The notes under the pieces: generated by a model | Database searches by the model: none | What the model saw: the letters and a program-made list of their open reading frames with translations, nothing else | What the model was told of the DNA's origin: nothing | Program-made: the position numbers and the translations under genes | Assembly (NCBI GenBank): GCA_039831615.1 | Contig: JBDOMX010000458.1 | Span: 1 to 37,926, forward strand | From: Planctomycetaceae bacterium | GTDB taxonomy: Bacteria; Planctomycetota; Planctomycetia; Planctomycetales; Planctomycetaceae | Direction of reading: 5' to 3' | Length of the DNA: 37,926 bases | Shown here: one piece after another, positions 1-8,726 of the stretch | Layout: each line of letters begins with the position of its first letter | Position numbering within the stretch: position 1 is the first letter of the stretch

Positions 1-50
1 AAGTCAGCCCGTCATCGGCCTGGTGTCGGTCACGAAGGAGATTGTCCCTG

Positions 51-338
51 ATGGCACAAGAGACTATCGAGATTCCGCTGACACCTGCCGAACGCTCACT
101 TCTCCTTCGATACGGATATCCGTTCGAACAGATTGAACATGCACTGAAGGCCTGCGACGCGAGTCATGACATCGAAATCGTCCCGATGGACCATTTCGAA
201 CTCGAGCACTTGATTGGAGACGTCTGTCGATCCATCAACCAAACGAACGGAGGCGCGACGCAGGATCAGCTCCTGGAACTCTGTGATCGGTTGGAGGCCG
301 CCGAAGCATGCGGAGACGGCACGCTGGACGTGCTTTAA
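51..338 (+). CDS. hypothetical small acidic protein (95 aa)
   Basis: ORF 42..338. The ATG at 51 lies 10 nt after GAAGGAG (34-40). The TTG at 42 is too close to that SD-like motif. No family recognised. Confidence 0.45.
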   Translation: MAQETIEIPLTPAERSLLLRYGYPFEQIEHALKACDASHDIEIVPMDHFELEHLIGDVCRSINQTNGGATQDQLLELCDRLEAAEACGDGTLDVL

Positions 339-524
339 ACCGGCCTGCTGCTTCCCGTGGCTGCATCACGGCTGACGCTTGACCAGACCAGGCTCCTCAT
401 CCATCGCTTCCGAGAAATTCCGGCCGTTGCACGCCTGCCGGAAGGTCACGTCATAGAAGACAAACTCCGGAATGGGGCTGGCGCCTGAATGTAGATTTGA
501 AATCTGCGCATCAGGTACCGAGAG

Positions 525-2489
525 TTGGTCAAATTCTCAGGTTCCCCGACAGACGCTCACTCGGATCACGACATGCATTGGTTCGTCGTTCAGTTGATAG
601 ACGTTGGTAGTCTGCTGGCTCAGGCAGGTGGCGGCGGGAGTTTCGGCAGTGGCGGCGGTGGTGGTGGTGGTGGTGGCGGATTTGGCGGTGGCGGTTCAGG
701 GGGTGGCGACGGCGCCCTGTTTGTGTGGCTGATACAATTCACAATTCGGTATCCCCATTTTGGCATCCCCCTGATTGCTGTCGGGTGCTTCATTCTCTAC
801 CAGCTTCAACAGACTGAGTCAGGTTATCGCATCACGCGCACAATTCGGCGCGGACGAAAAATCCAGGAAGACGATCTCCGTGTCGACGCACTGGAGGCGA
901 TTTGTCAACGTGATCCGCATTTTAGTTCAGAGCTGTTTCTGCAGCGTGTGCAGGCAGCATTTCTGCGGACTCAGCAGGCGTGGAGCGAACAGGACCTGCG
1001 ATCGTGCCGAGCCTTTATTTCAGACGGTGTGCATGAGCGATTCGATTTGTACATTCGAATGCAGACGAATGAGAACATCCGCAATCGGATGAAGAACGTA
1101 GAAGTCGTCGACTGCGAAATCGTGTGTGTCACGTCAGATCCACACTTCGACACGATGCATGTACGAATCACGGCATCTGCAATCAGCTACAATGAAGATT
1201 TGACGACTGGAAAACGTGTCGACACGCGCAGTGATGTGCATCCAGTGTCGTTTACCGAAATCTGGTCGTTTTCTCGTCGTCCTGGTGCACCGACTCACCC
1301 TGATGCTTCGATCCTCGAAGGACGTTGTCCCAGTTGCGGTGGCCCTGTTGAAATCGTTGATCGGGCCAAATGTTCGCAATGTGAGTCGATCGTCAATTCC
1401 GGTCAGTATGACTGGGTGCTGGCGGAGATCACTCAGGACGAAGAGTGGGTGGTACCATCCTTGACGCAGCAACTGGTCGGGTGGGCCGAAATCAGTGGTC
1501 GTGATCCGGGGCTCAATTTCCAGCATGTCGAAGATCGCGCTTCTGTCATCTTCTGGCGAGCTCTCATGGCCGCCTACTTTGAAGATCATGGCTATACGGC
1601 TCCCGTCGTTCACCCGTTACTGGAGGGCGTTCCGCAACTCTGGGATCGGGGGTCGGGCCGATTCTGGAAGACACCGGCAGTGGGCGTCGTGGAAATAAAA
1701 TCCTGTCAACCGGCAACAGATGACCGCTACGATCGGCTCATGGTGCTGGTTCGCTGGTCCGCTTCTCCTGCAGAAGGAGATCGGCGGCGTCCGAAACTAT
1801 TGGGGCACCAACGAATCTATTCTCATGTCATGGTTCTGGCACGGAATGTCGGATCGCAGTCGAACGCTGAACAGGCGTTTTCATCGTTGCATTGTCAGAA
1901 TTGTGGAGCACCCATTCAGATCGGTGAGGCTGCTGCCTGTGGTTATTGCAGCGCGATTTTGAACGACGGCAGTCAGGACTGGGTTCTGGAGGACGTTACC
2001 ACCTACGACCCCATGCAGGCGTGGGGTGCGGAAGATCGGCAGGAAACACGGATGGCTGGTCGGGGAATTGTCGATCGCCTGGAAGCAGATCGGTTGCTCA
2101 ACGAACCTGAACTGCTGATGGCCCTGTCGACCATCCTGTCGTCCGACGGCGAGCTGCACGACAAGGAGCGAGACTTCCTCTCACAGTTGGCCACGCGCCG
2201 CGGCGTCTCCAGGGAGCGACTTAAAAAGATCTTCGCGGCAGCCCAGGCCAGTCAGAACAGCATTCGCATTCCGCAGCATCCGCAGCAGGCAAAGGTGTTC
2301 ATGGACCACTTGATTCGGGGCGCATTGGTCGACGGACGTATCACACGATCTGAGAAGAAGCTGCTGAATCAGAGCGCTCGTCAGCTCGGCTGGTCAAACG
2401 CGGATTTCAAGCTGGCGGTCGCACGATCGCGGCGGGAACTCTATTCCCAGGCGAAAGGGATCATTCGCGAGCACCGGCGCCGGCCGTAA
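525..2489 (+). CDS. membrane protein with Gly-rich N-region, one TM helix, two Tim44-like domains each followed by a CxxC...CxxC zinc ribbon, and a C-terminal TerB-like domain
   Basis: 654-aa ORF. A poly-Gly segment is followed by the hydrophobic stretch FVWLIQF...IPLIAVGCFILYQL. The Tim44-like block is DALEAICQRDPHFSSELFLQRVQAAFL...WSEQDL...FISDGVHERF. Zinc ribbons are CPSCGG...CSQCES (1326-1382) and CQNCGA...CGYCS (1893-1949). The TerB-like tail has two DGxxxxxExxxL repeats (DGELHDKERDFL, DGRITRSEKKLL). The start is uncertain: TTG at 525 or ATG at 573. Confidence 0.8.
   Translation: MVKFSGSPTDAHSDHDMHWFVVQLIDVGSLLAQAGGGGSFGSGGGGGGGGGGFGGGGSGGGDGALFVWLIQFTIRYPHFGIPLIAVGCFILYQLQQTESGYRITRTIRRGRKIQEDDLRVDALEAICQRDPHFSSELFLQRVQAAFLRTQQAWSEQDLRSCRAFISDGVHERFDLYIRMQTNENIRNRMKNVEVVDCEIVCVTSDPHFDTMHVRITASAISYNEDLTTGKRVDTRSDVHPVSFTEIWSFSRRPGAPTHPDASILEGRCPSCGGPVEIVDRAKCSQCESIVNSGQYDWVLAEITQDEEWVVPSLTQQLVGWAEISGRDPGLNFQHVEDRASVIFWRALMAAYFEDHGYTAPVVHPLLEGVPQLWDRGSGRFWKTPAVGVVEIKSCQPATDDRYDRLMVLVRWSASPAEGDRRRPKLLGHQRIYSHVMVLARNVGSQSNAEQAFSSLHCQNCGAPIQIGEAAACGYCSAILNDGSQDWVLEDVTTYDPMQAWGAEDRQETRMAGRGIVDRLEADRLLNEPELLMALSTILSSDGELHDKERDFLSQLATRRGVSRERLKKIFAAAQASQNSIRIPQHPQQAKVFMDHLIRGALVDGRITRSEKKLLNQSARQLGWSNADFKLAVARSRRELYSQAKGIIREHRRRP
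627..713 (+). repeat. in-frame GGN trinucleotide tract encoding poly-Gly, core (GGT)6
   Basis: The sequence ggtggcggcggg...ggcggcggtggtggtggtggtggtggcggatttggcggtggcggt is read directly. It translates to GGGGSFGSGGGGGGGGGGFGGGGSGGG. Confidence 0.85.
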
Positions 2490-2863
2490 ACCACGTGACG
2501 ACATTGAGCGAACATCGCACACCTATGCGTCCGCGGGAACGGCGCGCAGCCACCAGGTCCGTCGGAAGGCGTCGACACCGCGAGCTGCCCGCGGCAACGT
2601 TGTCCTTTTTCATCGCGTCTGCCGGCCAGGTTCGAAAGAACCAGACGCCAGAGCGGTGCATGTTGCCGGATCGCAACGTCTTAGCAGCATCGGGATGCGC
2701 CTGTGTGATTTCTGCGTCACGTGTTGTTTTTCTTCGTCCCGCCAGCGGTTTGTGAACTAGTTTCCAGCAGCGGCTGCCATGTCGGCAACTGCCGCCGAGG
2801 CTGCGCGGTTTCGGATCCCGAGCCCGTGCAGTCGTCACAAACGTTGAGACCCGGAATAATTCC

Positions 2864-5044
2864 ATGTCTGCCGATTCGCGAACGAACTCCTCTGCACCGT
2901 TTGGGGGCACTCCGTCAGGTCAACTTCAAGCGGAAAACACAGGCGCGCGCCAGATAACGTTGCTGGCACTGCTGGATGCGTTTCGGAGACGCTGGATTCC
3001 GGCGCTGGCCATCGCCGTTCCGGCATGTATCCTGGCTGCGGCGCTGATCTGGGAGATTCTCCCCCCCAACTATAAGTCGACTGCCGTGGTTCAGGTTCAT
3101 CAATTTGAGCAGGTCCTAGCCAAGGCGACAGACAAGGGGACGGCCGACTTCCTTACTTACCGGGACACCCAGACCGGGTTCATGAAGACGCGTGCGGTAT
3201 TGGTAGAAGCATTGGGGCGCGAAGGAGTGCGAGATTGTCGAACGCTTGCCGACATTGAACATCCGGTCGAATGGCTGGATGAATATCTGGAAATCAAAGA
3301 AGACAAGAGTCCGGAATTTGTGCGCATTTCTCTTTCCGGTGAATACCCGGAGGATCTGGCTCTGATCGTCAACGCGGTCAAGGATGCCTATATGGACAAA
3401 GTGGTCTACAACGAACGAAATGAGAGAATCGAATCGCTTCGCAAATTGAAGCAGAAGTTCGCTGATTTCGACCGACAGGTCACCACGAATCAGGACCGCA
3501 TTGACAACCTGGCTCGGGAACTTGGCACGGGCAACGCCATCATCGCGGCGACCAATCAGGCTCAGTACCAAATTCAACTGCGCGGTCTCCAGGAAGAATT
3601 GCGTCAAATCAACGCTGAGATTCGAAACGAGATCACCGCTCGCGAATACCTGCGGGACCGCGGCCTGCCGACAACCAGTTTGGAACCCATTCCCGGCAGT
3701 GCGGCCCCCCCAACCGCAGGTGCCAGTACGCTCGCCTCAGTTCCGCGGCAACAGCTTGCTTTGCTGCGTCGCCGGATTCGTCAGTATGAATCGCAGCTGC
3801 GAAATCATAATCATCCCGATCTTGAACAGTTGCGTCAGGAAGAGGCCGATCTTCTGGCCGTGCTCAACGGACAAAACAAGACCGAACAGAACGGTCCGGG
3901 AGTTCCGATTTCTCCGCTGGCGTGGCTCGAACGACGCCGCGACAGGTTGCAGCTTGAGATCGAAGGACTCACTGAAGAACTGCATGCAGTTGGTAATAAC
4001 AGTGTGCTGCTGAATCGCGAGCGAGAAAACATCGAGCAGTCAAAGATCGCGCGGAATAGTCTTTCTGTGAAGATCCAGAACAAGGAGATTGAGTTCGATG
4101 CTCCGCAGCGCGTCCGGGAAATCCAGGCGGCACACGTCCCCGAGCAGCAGAATCAAAAGAAACGTATCCAGCTGTCATCGCTGGCATTGCTGGGCACGTT
4201 CTCACTGATCGTAGCTGGCTTCACTCTTTTTGAATGGTTCTCTCACCGAATTGCTTCCACAGCTGATGTGACTCACCAGACGGGCATGCGACTTGTGGGT
4301 TCCATACCGTCACCGGACAAGGGCGGTCTGTTGGGCCTGGGAATCTTTTCCAGTCCGGTCGATCCGGAAGAATGGCAGCGTGCGGTCATTGAATCGATGG
4401 ATGTCGTGCGAACGTATCTGCTTCGCCATATTGATCCGTCACGCCCGGCTTCAATTCTGGTGACCAGTGCTTCTGCCAATGAAGGAAAGACCACGGTTTC
4501 GTGCCAGCTGGCGGCCAGTCTGGCAAGGATTGGACGTCGAGTAGCGTTGGTGGATTGTGACTTCCGTCGTCCATCAGCTCACGAGCTGGTTGATGGACGT
4601 CCCGGCCCGGGCCTTTCTGAGTTTCTCCGCGGTGATGTAGAGCTGTCGGATATCTGTCAGCCGACACAGGCAGCAGGATTGACGTTCATTGCCGCCGGGC
4701 AGGTCGACCAACTGACTCTTCAGGCGCTGTCGAGCGATGGAGGTCGTTCGATCATCGACCGGCTCAAGTCAGACTTCGACTTCGTCGTCATCGATACGTC
4801 CCCGCTGTTGTTCGTCGCCGAACCGTCGATGCTGGCGCAGAACGCGGACATTGTGCTGATGTCGACTCGTAAAGACTACAGCCGAGTGCCCTATGTTGTA
4901 CAAAGCCGCGATTCGCTGCGAAGTTTGAACGTGCCTCTGTTGGGGGTCGTCATTGTGGGGGCAGATTCGGATCTTCAGCGGCAGTCCGACGGTTACCGAC
5001 AGCAGATTGGGCACGGCCATGCCATCGCCCCCGTCCTCGGTTAA
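2864..5044 (+). CDS. exopolysaccharide chain-length determinant fused to a BY-type tyrosine autokinase (GumC/Wzc/EpsG-like)
   Basis: 726 aa. It has an N-terminal TM helix, a long coiled-coil periplasmic region and a second TM helix. The P-loop domain has Walker A SASANEGKTT, Walker A' VALVDCDFRRP and Walker B FVVIDTSP. Confidence 0.9.
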   Translation: MSADSRTNSSAPFGGTPSGQLQAENTGARQITLLALLDAFRRRWIPALAIAVPACILAAALIWEILPPNYKSTAVVQVHQFEQVLAKATDKGTADFLTYRDTQTGFMKTRAVLVEALGREGVRDCRTLADIEHPVEWLDEYLEIKEDKSPEFVRISLSGEYPEDLALIVNAVKDAYMDKVVYNERNERIESLRKLKQKFADFDRQVTTNQDRIDNLARELGTGNAIIAATNQAQYQIQLRGLQEELRQINAEIRNEITAREYLRDRGLPTTSLEPIPGSAAPPTAGASTLASVPRQQLALLRRRIRQYESQLRNHNHPDLEQLRQEEADLLAVLNGQNKTEQNGPGVPISPLAWLERRRDRLQLEIEGLTEELHAVGNNSVLLNRERENIEQSKIARNSLSVKIQNKEIEFDAPQRVREIQAAHVPEQQNQKKRIQLSSLALLGTFSLIVAGFTLFEWFSHRIASTADVTHQTGMRLVGSIPSPDKGGLLGLGIFSSPVDPEEWQRAVIESMDVVRTYLLRHIDPSRPASILVTSASANEGKTTVSCQLAASLARIGRRVALVDCDFRRPSAHELVDGRPGPGLSEFLRGDVELSDICQPTQAAGLTFIAAGQVDQLTLQALSSDGGRSIIDRLKSDFDFVVIDTSPLLFVAEPSMLAQNADIVLMSTRKDYSRVPYVVQSRDSLRSLNVPLLGVVIVGADSDLQRQSDGYRQQIGHGHAIAPVLG

Positions 5045-5084
5045 GGCAACAACCGCGGTCGCAGCCAGCAAGGGGCGCGAGGGA

Positions 5085-5993
5085 ATGTCGAGCACAGCAA
5101 AGATCTGTGATGGAGCGTTTACTGTTGACGTGGAAGACTACTTCCATGTGTCTGCATTCGCTTCGCGCATTAACCCGGCAGACTGGGATCAATACGAGTG
5201 CCGCGTGGAGCAAAACACGCATCGCGTTCTTAATATTGCGGCACGCACCGGTACTACCGGGACGTTTTTCGTTCTGGGTTGGGTGGCAGAACGTTACCCG
5301 CATCTTGTTCGCGACATCCAGGAGGCCGGGCATGAAATCGGCTGTCACAGCATGTGGCATCAGCTGGTGTTCGATCTTGGCCCCGACCGTTTTCGTCGTG
5401 ATCTGATCGACGCCCGCAATGTTCTGGAAGACGTGACCGGCAGGCAGGTGGTGCTGTATCGGGCGCCCAGTTTTTCCGTGACGAAGAGATCTCTCTGGGC
5501 AGTTCCAGTTCTTCGCGAAGAAGGCTTCCATACGGACTCAAGTATCTATCCCGTGCGACATGACCGGTACGGAATTCCGAACGCACCGCTGGCACCTCAC
5601 GTGATCGACACCGCCGCCGGACCGGTTCGCGAATTTCCTGGCATGGTCTGTGAAGTTGGCAACATGCGAATACCGGTTGGAGGAGGCGGTTACCTGCGTC
5701 TGTTTCCATGGGCCCTGACGCAACGACTACTGCACCGCGTTCGTCGTCAGGCGCGACCGCTCAACGTTTACATCCATCCGTGGGAGTTTGATCCTCAGCA
5801 GCCGCGCGTGGCCGCGTCACTGAAATCAAGATTTCGTCACTATCAGAATCTGAAGGCCACCACAGAAAAAATTGAACGCCTGCTGAATGAGTTTTCGCTC
5901 AGCACGATGTCTGCCGTCCTCGATCAATGGCCATTTCCAAAAGGCGGTGGCGCGCTGCATGCCAACACTTCTTCCGTTTCCGGCGGTGTTTGA
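5085..5993 (+). CDS. polysaccharide deacetylase with C-terminal DUF3473-type region (PEP-CTERM/XrtA-locus subfamily style)
   Basis: Motifs are FTVDVEDYFHVSAF, TFFVLGWVAERYPHLVRDIQEAGHEIGCH, VGGGGYLRLFPW, YIHPWEFDPQQP and RHYQNL. The ATG at 5085 lies 40 nt after the upstream stop. The longer ORF from 4953 would overlap the preceding gene. Confidence 0.9.
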   Translation: MSSTAKICDGAFTVDVEDYFHVSAFASRINPADWDQYECRVEQNTHRVLNIAARTGTTGTFFVLGWVAERYPHLVRDIQEAGHEIGCHSMWHQLVFDLGPDRFRRDLIDARNVLEDVTGRQVVLYRAPSFSVTKRSLWAVPVLREEGFHTDSSIYPVRHDRYGIPNAPLAPHVIDTAAGPVREFPGMVCEVGNMRIPVGGGGYLRLFPWALTQRLLHRVRRQARPLNVYIHPWEFDPQQPRVAASLKSRFRHYQNLKATTEKIERLLNEFSLSTMSAVLDQWPFPKGGGALHANTSSVSGGV

Positions 5994-6004
5994 AGGGTCT
6001 TATT

Positions 6005-7231
6005 ATGAAACCACGTGTCTTGTATGTGACTCATCGAGTCCCTTATCCTCCCGATCGCGGTGATCGCATTCGGACCTGGAACATGCTGAAGTTCCTTGGG
6101 TCGCGTGCGGATGTGGATCTGGCCTGTCTGACCGATGAGATCGTACCTGCAACCAGTCGCACGGCATTACGCCGAACGGCTCGCCGAGTTGCCGTGATTC
6201 CTCATACTGGCCTCAGACGATACGTCGGTGGTGCGTTGTCGATGATGGGAGGCCGCACCATCACCGAGGGCCTGTTCAGCAGCAATTTGCTGCGACGAAC
6301 CATACGAGCATGGAATCGGGAAACGCACTACGACGCAGCGATCGCGTCGTCATCCGGGGTTGCCAGCTATGTCCTGCCGCCGGTTCTAAGAACAAACGGG
6401 CGACGATGGGTCGATCTGATTGATGTCGACAGTCAGAAATGGCTGGACTACTCAAGGGCCTCACCGTGGCCAATGTCGATGGTCTATGACTACGAAGGTC
6501 GACGGTTGCGATCACTTGAAGCACGCCTGTCGGCGCAAGTCGACCGAATGCTGGTGGTCACCGAGGCCGAGCGCGAGTTGTTTGCCTCATTCTGCGATTC
6601 CGGCTCGGTTCATGTTGTGGGCAATGGCGTTGACACCGACTATTTTGCGCCGTCTGATCTACCGTCGACACCGTTCAGCTGCGTTTTCGCGGGGGTGATG
6701 GACTATCGTCCCAACATCGATGCTGTGTGCTGGTTTGTGCGGGAAGTTTGGCCGACGCTCCGGTCTCGGTTTCCGCAGGCAACGTTCAACATTGTAGGTA
6801 AATCACCCGCTCCGGAAGTCATTGCGCTGGAATCGGTCGACGGTGTCCATGTCACCCATGCCGTGCCGGACGTTCGTCCGTGGCTGTATAAAGCTGCTTG
6901 TGTCGTGGTGCCATTGAGAATCGCCCGGGGAGTCCAAAACAAGGTTCTGGAAGCCATGGCCTGCGGACGTCCCATTGTCTGTTCGTCTGCTCCGCTGCAG
7001 GGACTCGATGTGGAGCCTGGGCTGCAGTTGCTGAGTGCGGATGCCGTTGCAGAGTGGGTGCAAAGTGTTGCGTGTGTCTTTGAAGACCAACAGCGGGCAC
7101 GCGATCTGGGAATTGCCGCCAACGCCTGGGTGCAGATGAACCATCGCTGGGACTCCTGCCTTGAACCGGTGTGTGAATTGTTCGCACGGCGACGGCAGCC
7201 ATCGGCTGCTGAAATGGAGTCCCTGTCGTGA
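6005..7231 (+). CDS. GT-B glycosyltransferase (PEP-CTERM/EpsH1-associated sugar transferase style)
   Basis: The N-terminus MKPRVLYVTHRVPYPPDRGDRIRTWNMLKFL matches my recollection of the TIGR03087-type consensus. The C-terminal GT1 motif is PLRIARGVQNKVLEAMACGRPIV. The ATG at 6005 lies 11 nt after the upstream stop. Confidence 0.85.
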   Translation: MKPRVLYVTHRVPYPPDRGDRIRTWNMLKFLGSRADVDLACLTDEIVPATSRTALRRTARRVAVIPHTGLRRYVGGALSMMGGRTITEGLFSSNLLRRTIRAWNRETHYDAAIASSSGVASYVLPPVLRTNGRRWVDLIDVDSQKWLDYSRASPWPMSMVYDYEGRRLRSLEARLSAQVDRMLVVTEAERELFASFCDSGSVHVVGNGVDTDYFAPSDLPSTPFSCVFAGVMDYRPNIDAVCWFVREVWPTLRSRFPQATFNIVGKSPAPEVIALESVDGVHVTHAVPDVRPWLYKAACVVVPLRIARGVQNKVLEAMACGRPIVCSSAPLQGLDVEPGLQLLSADAVAEWVQSVACVFEDQQRARDLGIAANAWVQMNHRWDSCLEPVCELFARRRQPSAAEMESLS

Positions 7232-8640
7232 AAGGACTGGTGTTTACCTATCTGGTGACCTTCCTGGGTGTGACCGGTTGTGTCATCACGCCGTTCTATG
7301 GATTTCTGGCGTACGTGGCGCTGGCCCTGTTGCGCCCCGATTATCTTTGGTCTCATTCTATTAGCGGCGGTCGATTCAGTTTGATCGTCGCTCTCGCCAT
7401 GCTGGTCAGTTGGGGCCTGCGTGGTTTCGGACGCTGGGATCTTGGCAAAGCGCGCCCGGTTGTATTGCTGTTCACGGGATTCTGGTTGTGGTCTGCGTTC
7501 GGAGCGATCTACGCCGACAGCCCGAGTCATGCATGGTACTACGTCGAGCAGATGGGAAAGATCCTGCTGCCCTTCCTGATCGGGATTACGTCCGTTCGCT
7601 CAATCGACGATCTGAAGAAACTGGCCTGGGTGATTGTGATCTGCGAAGGATATGTCTGTTTCGAAATGAACATGTGGTATTTCAGGGGCCGCAACGTCCT
7701 TTGGGAAAGTGGCTTCGGTGGAGTCGACAATAATTCAGCCGCCATTGGGTTTGTAACGGCGCTGGGAGTCACGGCGTTCATGTTTCTACATGAAAAATCG
7801 TCGTGGAAACGGTGTGTTTTGACGTTTTGTGGCGCATTCATCGCTCACGCGATTCTGTTTTCTTTCTCGCGAGGTGCCATGCTGGCCACCGGCGTCCTGG
7901 GCGTGATGGCGTATGTTGTCATTCGAAACAAGAAGGCATCTCACTATGTGCTGTTTGCCACTGCAGCGTTGTCTTTGATCGGCTTCGCAGGCCCGGCGGT
8001 CCATCAGCGTTTCTGGGAGACATTCGAAAAGCAGCATGGCGCGCGCGAAGAGTCGGCACAGAGTCGTCTGGACCTGTGGGAAGACTGTGGCACTGTCATT
8101 ATGCGCAACCCCTTGATGGGCTGTGGGCCCGACCACTGGCCGCTGTTAGCTCACACATTCGGCTGGGAAAAGGGCAAGGAAGCTCACAGTCTTTGGGTGC
8201 AGACTGCTGCAGAGACCGGAATCCCCGGAATCACGATGTTCGCGGGGTTTTATGTGCTTTGCATGTGGCGATGCTGGATCATGATGCGTCGCCTCGGCCC
8301 GAATGAAGATTTGTGGTATCGCGACTGTGCGCAGATGACGATCGCATCTCTGTGTGGTTTCGGAGTTGCCGCTCAGTTCGTCAGTCTGGAGGCTCTCGAG
8401 GTTCCCTACTATGTAGCACTTCTGGGCGCCGGCACTCTCGTGCTCCATTCCAGGCAGCAATGCGAACACACGGCACTCATCCCGGAACACGGTCCGTCAT
8501 TTCAACAGCCTTTCACAGAACGCCCTGTGCTGAATGACTGGCGCGACGCGATCGATTTACCAGAGACGACCTCCAGTGCCGACCATTGGGAACAGGGCGC
8601 TGATAAATCCGGTCGTGAACAGATCGTGATCATGAATTGA
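7228..8640 (+). CDS. O-antigen ligase/Wzy-like polytopic membrane protein (exosortase-A-associated O-glycosylation-ligase style)
   Basis: About 10 hydrophobic helices. The N-terminus is ITPFYGFLAYVALALLRPDYLW. The Wzy_C-like block is FSFSRGAMLATGVLGV. The GTG start overlaps the upstream stop (GTGA at 7228-7231). Confidence 0.85.
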   Translation: MKGLVFTYLVTFLGVTGCVITPFYGFLAYVALALLRPDYLWSHSISGGRFSLIVALAMLVSWGLRGFGRWDLGKARPVVLLFTGFWLWSAFGAIYADSPSHAWYYVEQMGKILLPFLIGITSVRSIDDLKKLAWVIVICEGYVCFEMNMWYFRGRNVLWESGFGGVDNNSAAIGFVTALGVTAFMFLHEKSSWKRCVLTFCGAFIAHAILFSFSRGAMLATGVLGVMAYVVIRNKKASHYVLFATAALSLIGFAGPAVHQRFWETFEKQHGAREESAQSRLDLWEDCGTVIMRNPLMGCGPDHWPLLAHTFGWEKGKEAHSLWVQTAAETGIPGITMFAGFYVLCMWRCWIMMRRLGPNEDLWYRDCAQMTIASLCGFGVAAQFVSLEALEVPYYVALLGAGTLVLHSRQQCEHTALIPEHGPSFQQPFTERPVLNDWRDAIDLPETTSSADHWEQGADKSGREQIVIMN

Positions 8641-8726
8641 TGTGCGGAGAGTCGGAATACGTGTTCTGGTCACGGCTGAGGGCAGTCAGCTCAGTGTCGA
8701 ATGCTGCTGATTGAGGAGATCCTGTG

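Noticed and set aside
2621-2720. A GAAA-capped hairpin (GGTTC-GAAA-GAACC, 2629-2642) followed by AGACGCCAGAGC in the 374-nt leader of the EPS operon. It is reminiscent of the P1 hairpin and GACGCAAAGCC core of c-di-GMP-I (GEMM-I) riboswitches.
   Set aside because: I could not find the second long helix with a tetraloop receptor or a closing helix, and the conserved core matches only partly. A cmsearch with the Rfam GEMM-I model would settle it. I expect no hit.
3061-3067. C7 homopolymer tracts in the chain-length/kinase gene (3061-3067 and 3705-3711), plus one at 11388-11394, considered as phase-variation sites.
   Set aside because: They are seven bases long and encode Pro-Pro. That is shorter than tracts usually associated with slippage switching, and roughly what composition alone would produce.
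6703-7530. A long 275-aa antisense ORF. Similar antisense ORFs occur at 3116-3607, 4950-5531, 8973-9575, 12959-13510, 14660-15175, 27356-27889, 28143-28727, 35029-35595 and 36699-37433.
   Set aside because: All lie opposite well-supported genes and translate to Arg/Ser/Gly-rich sequences typical of shadow ORFs in GC-rich DNA.
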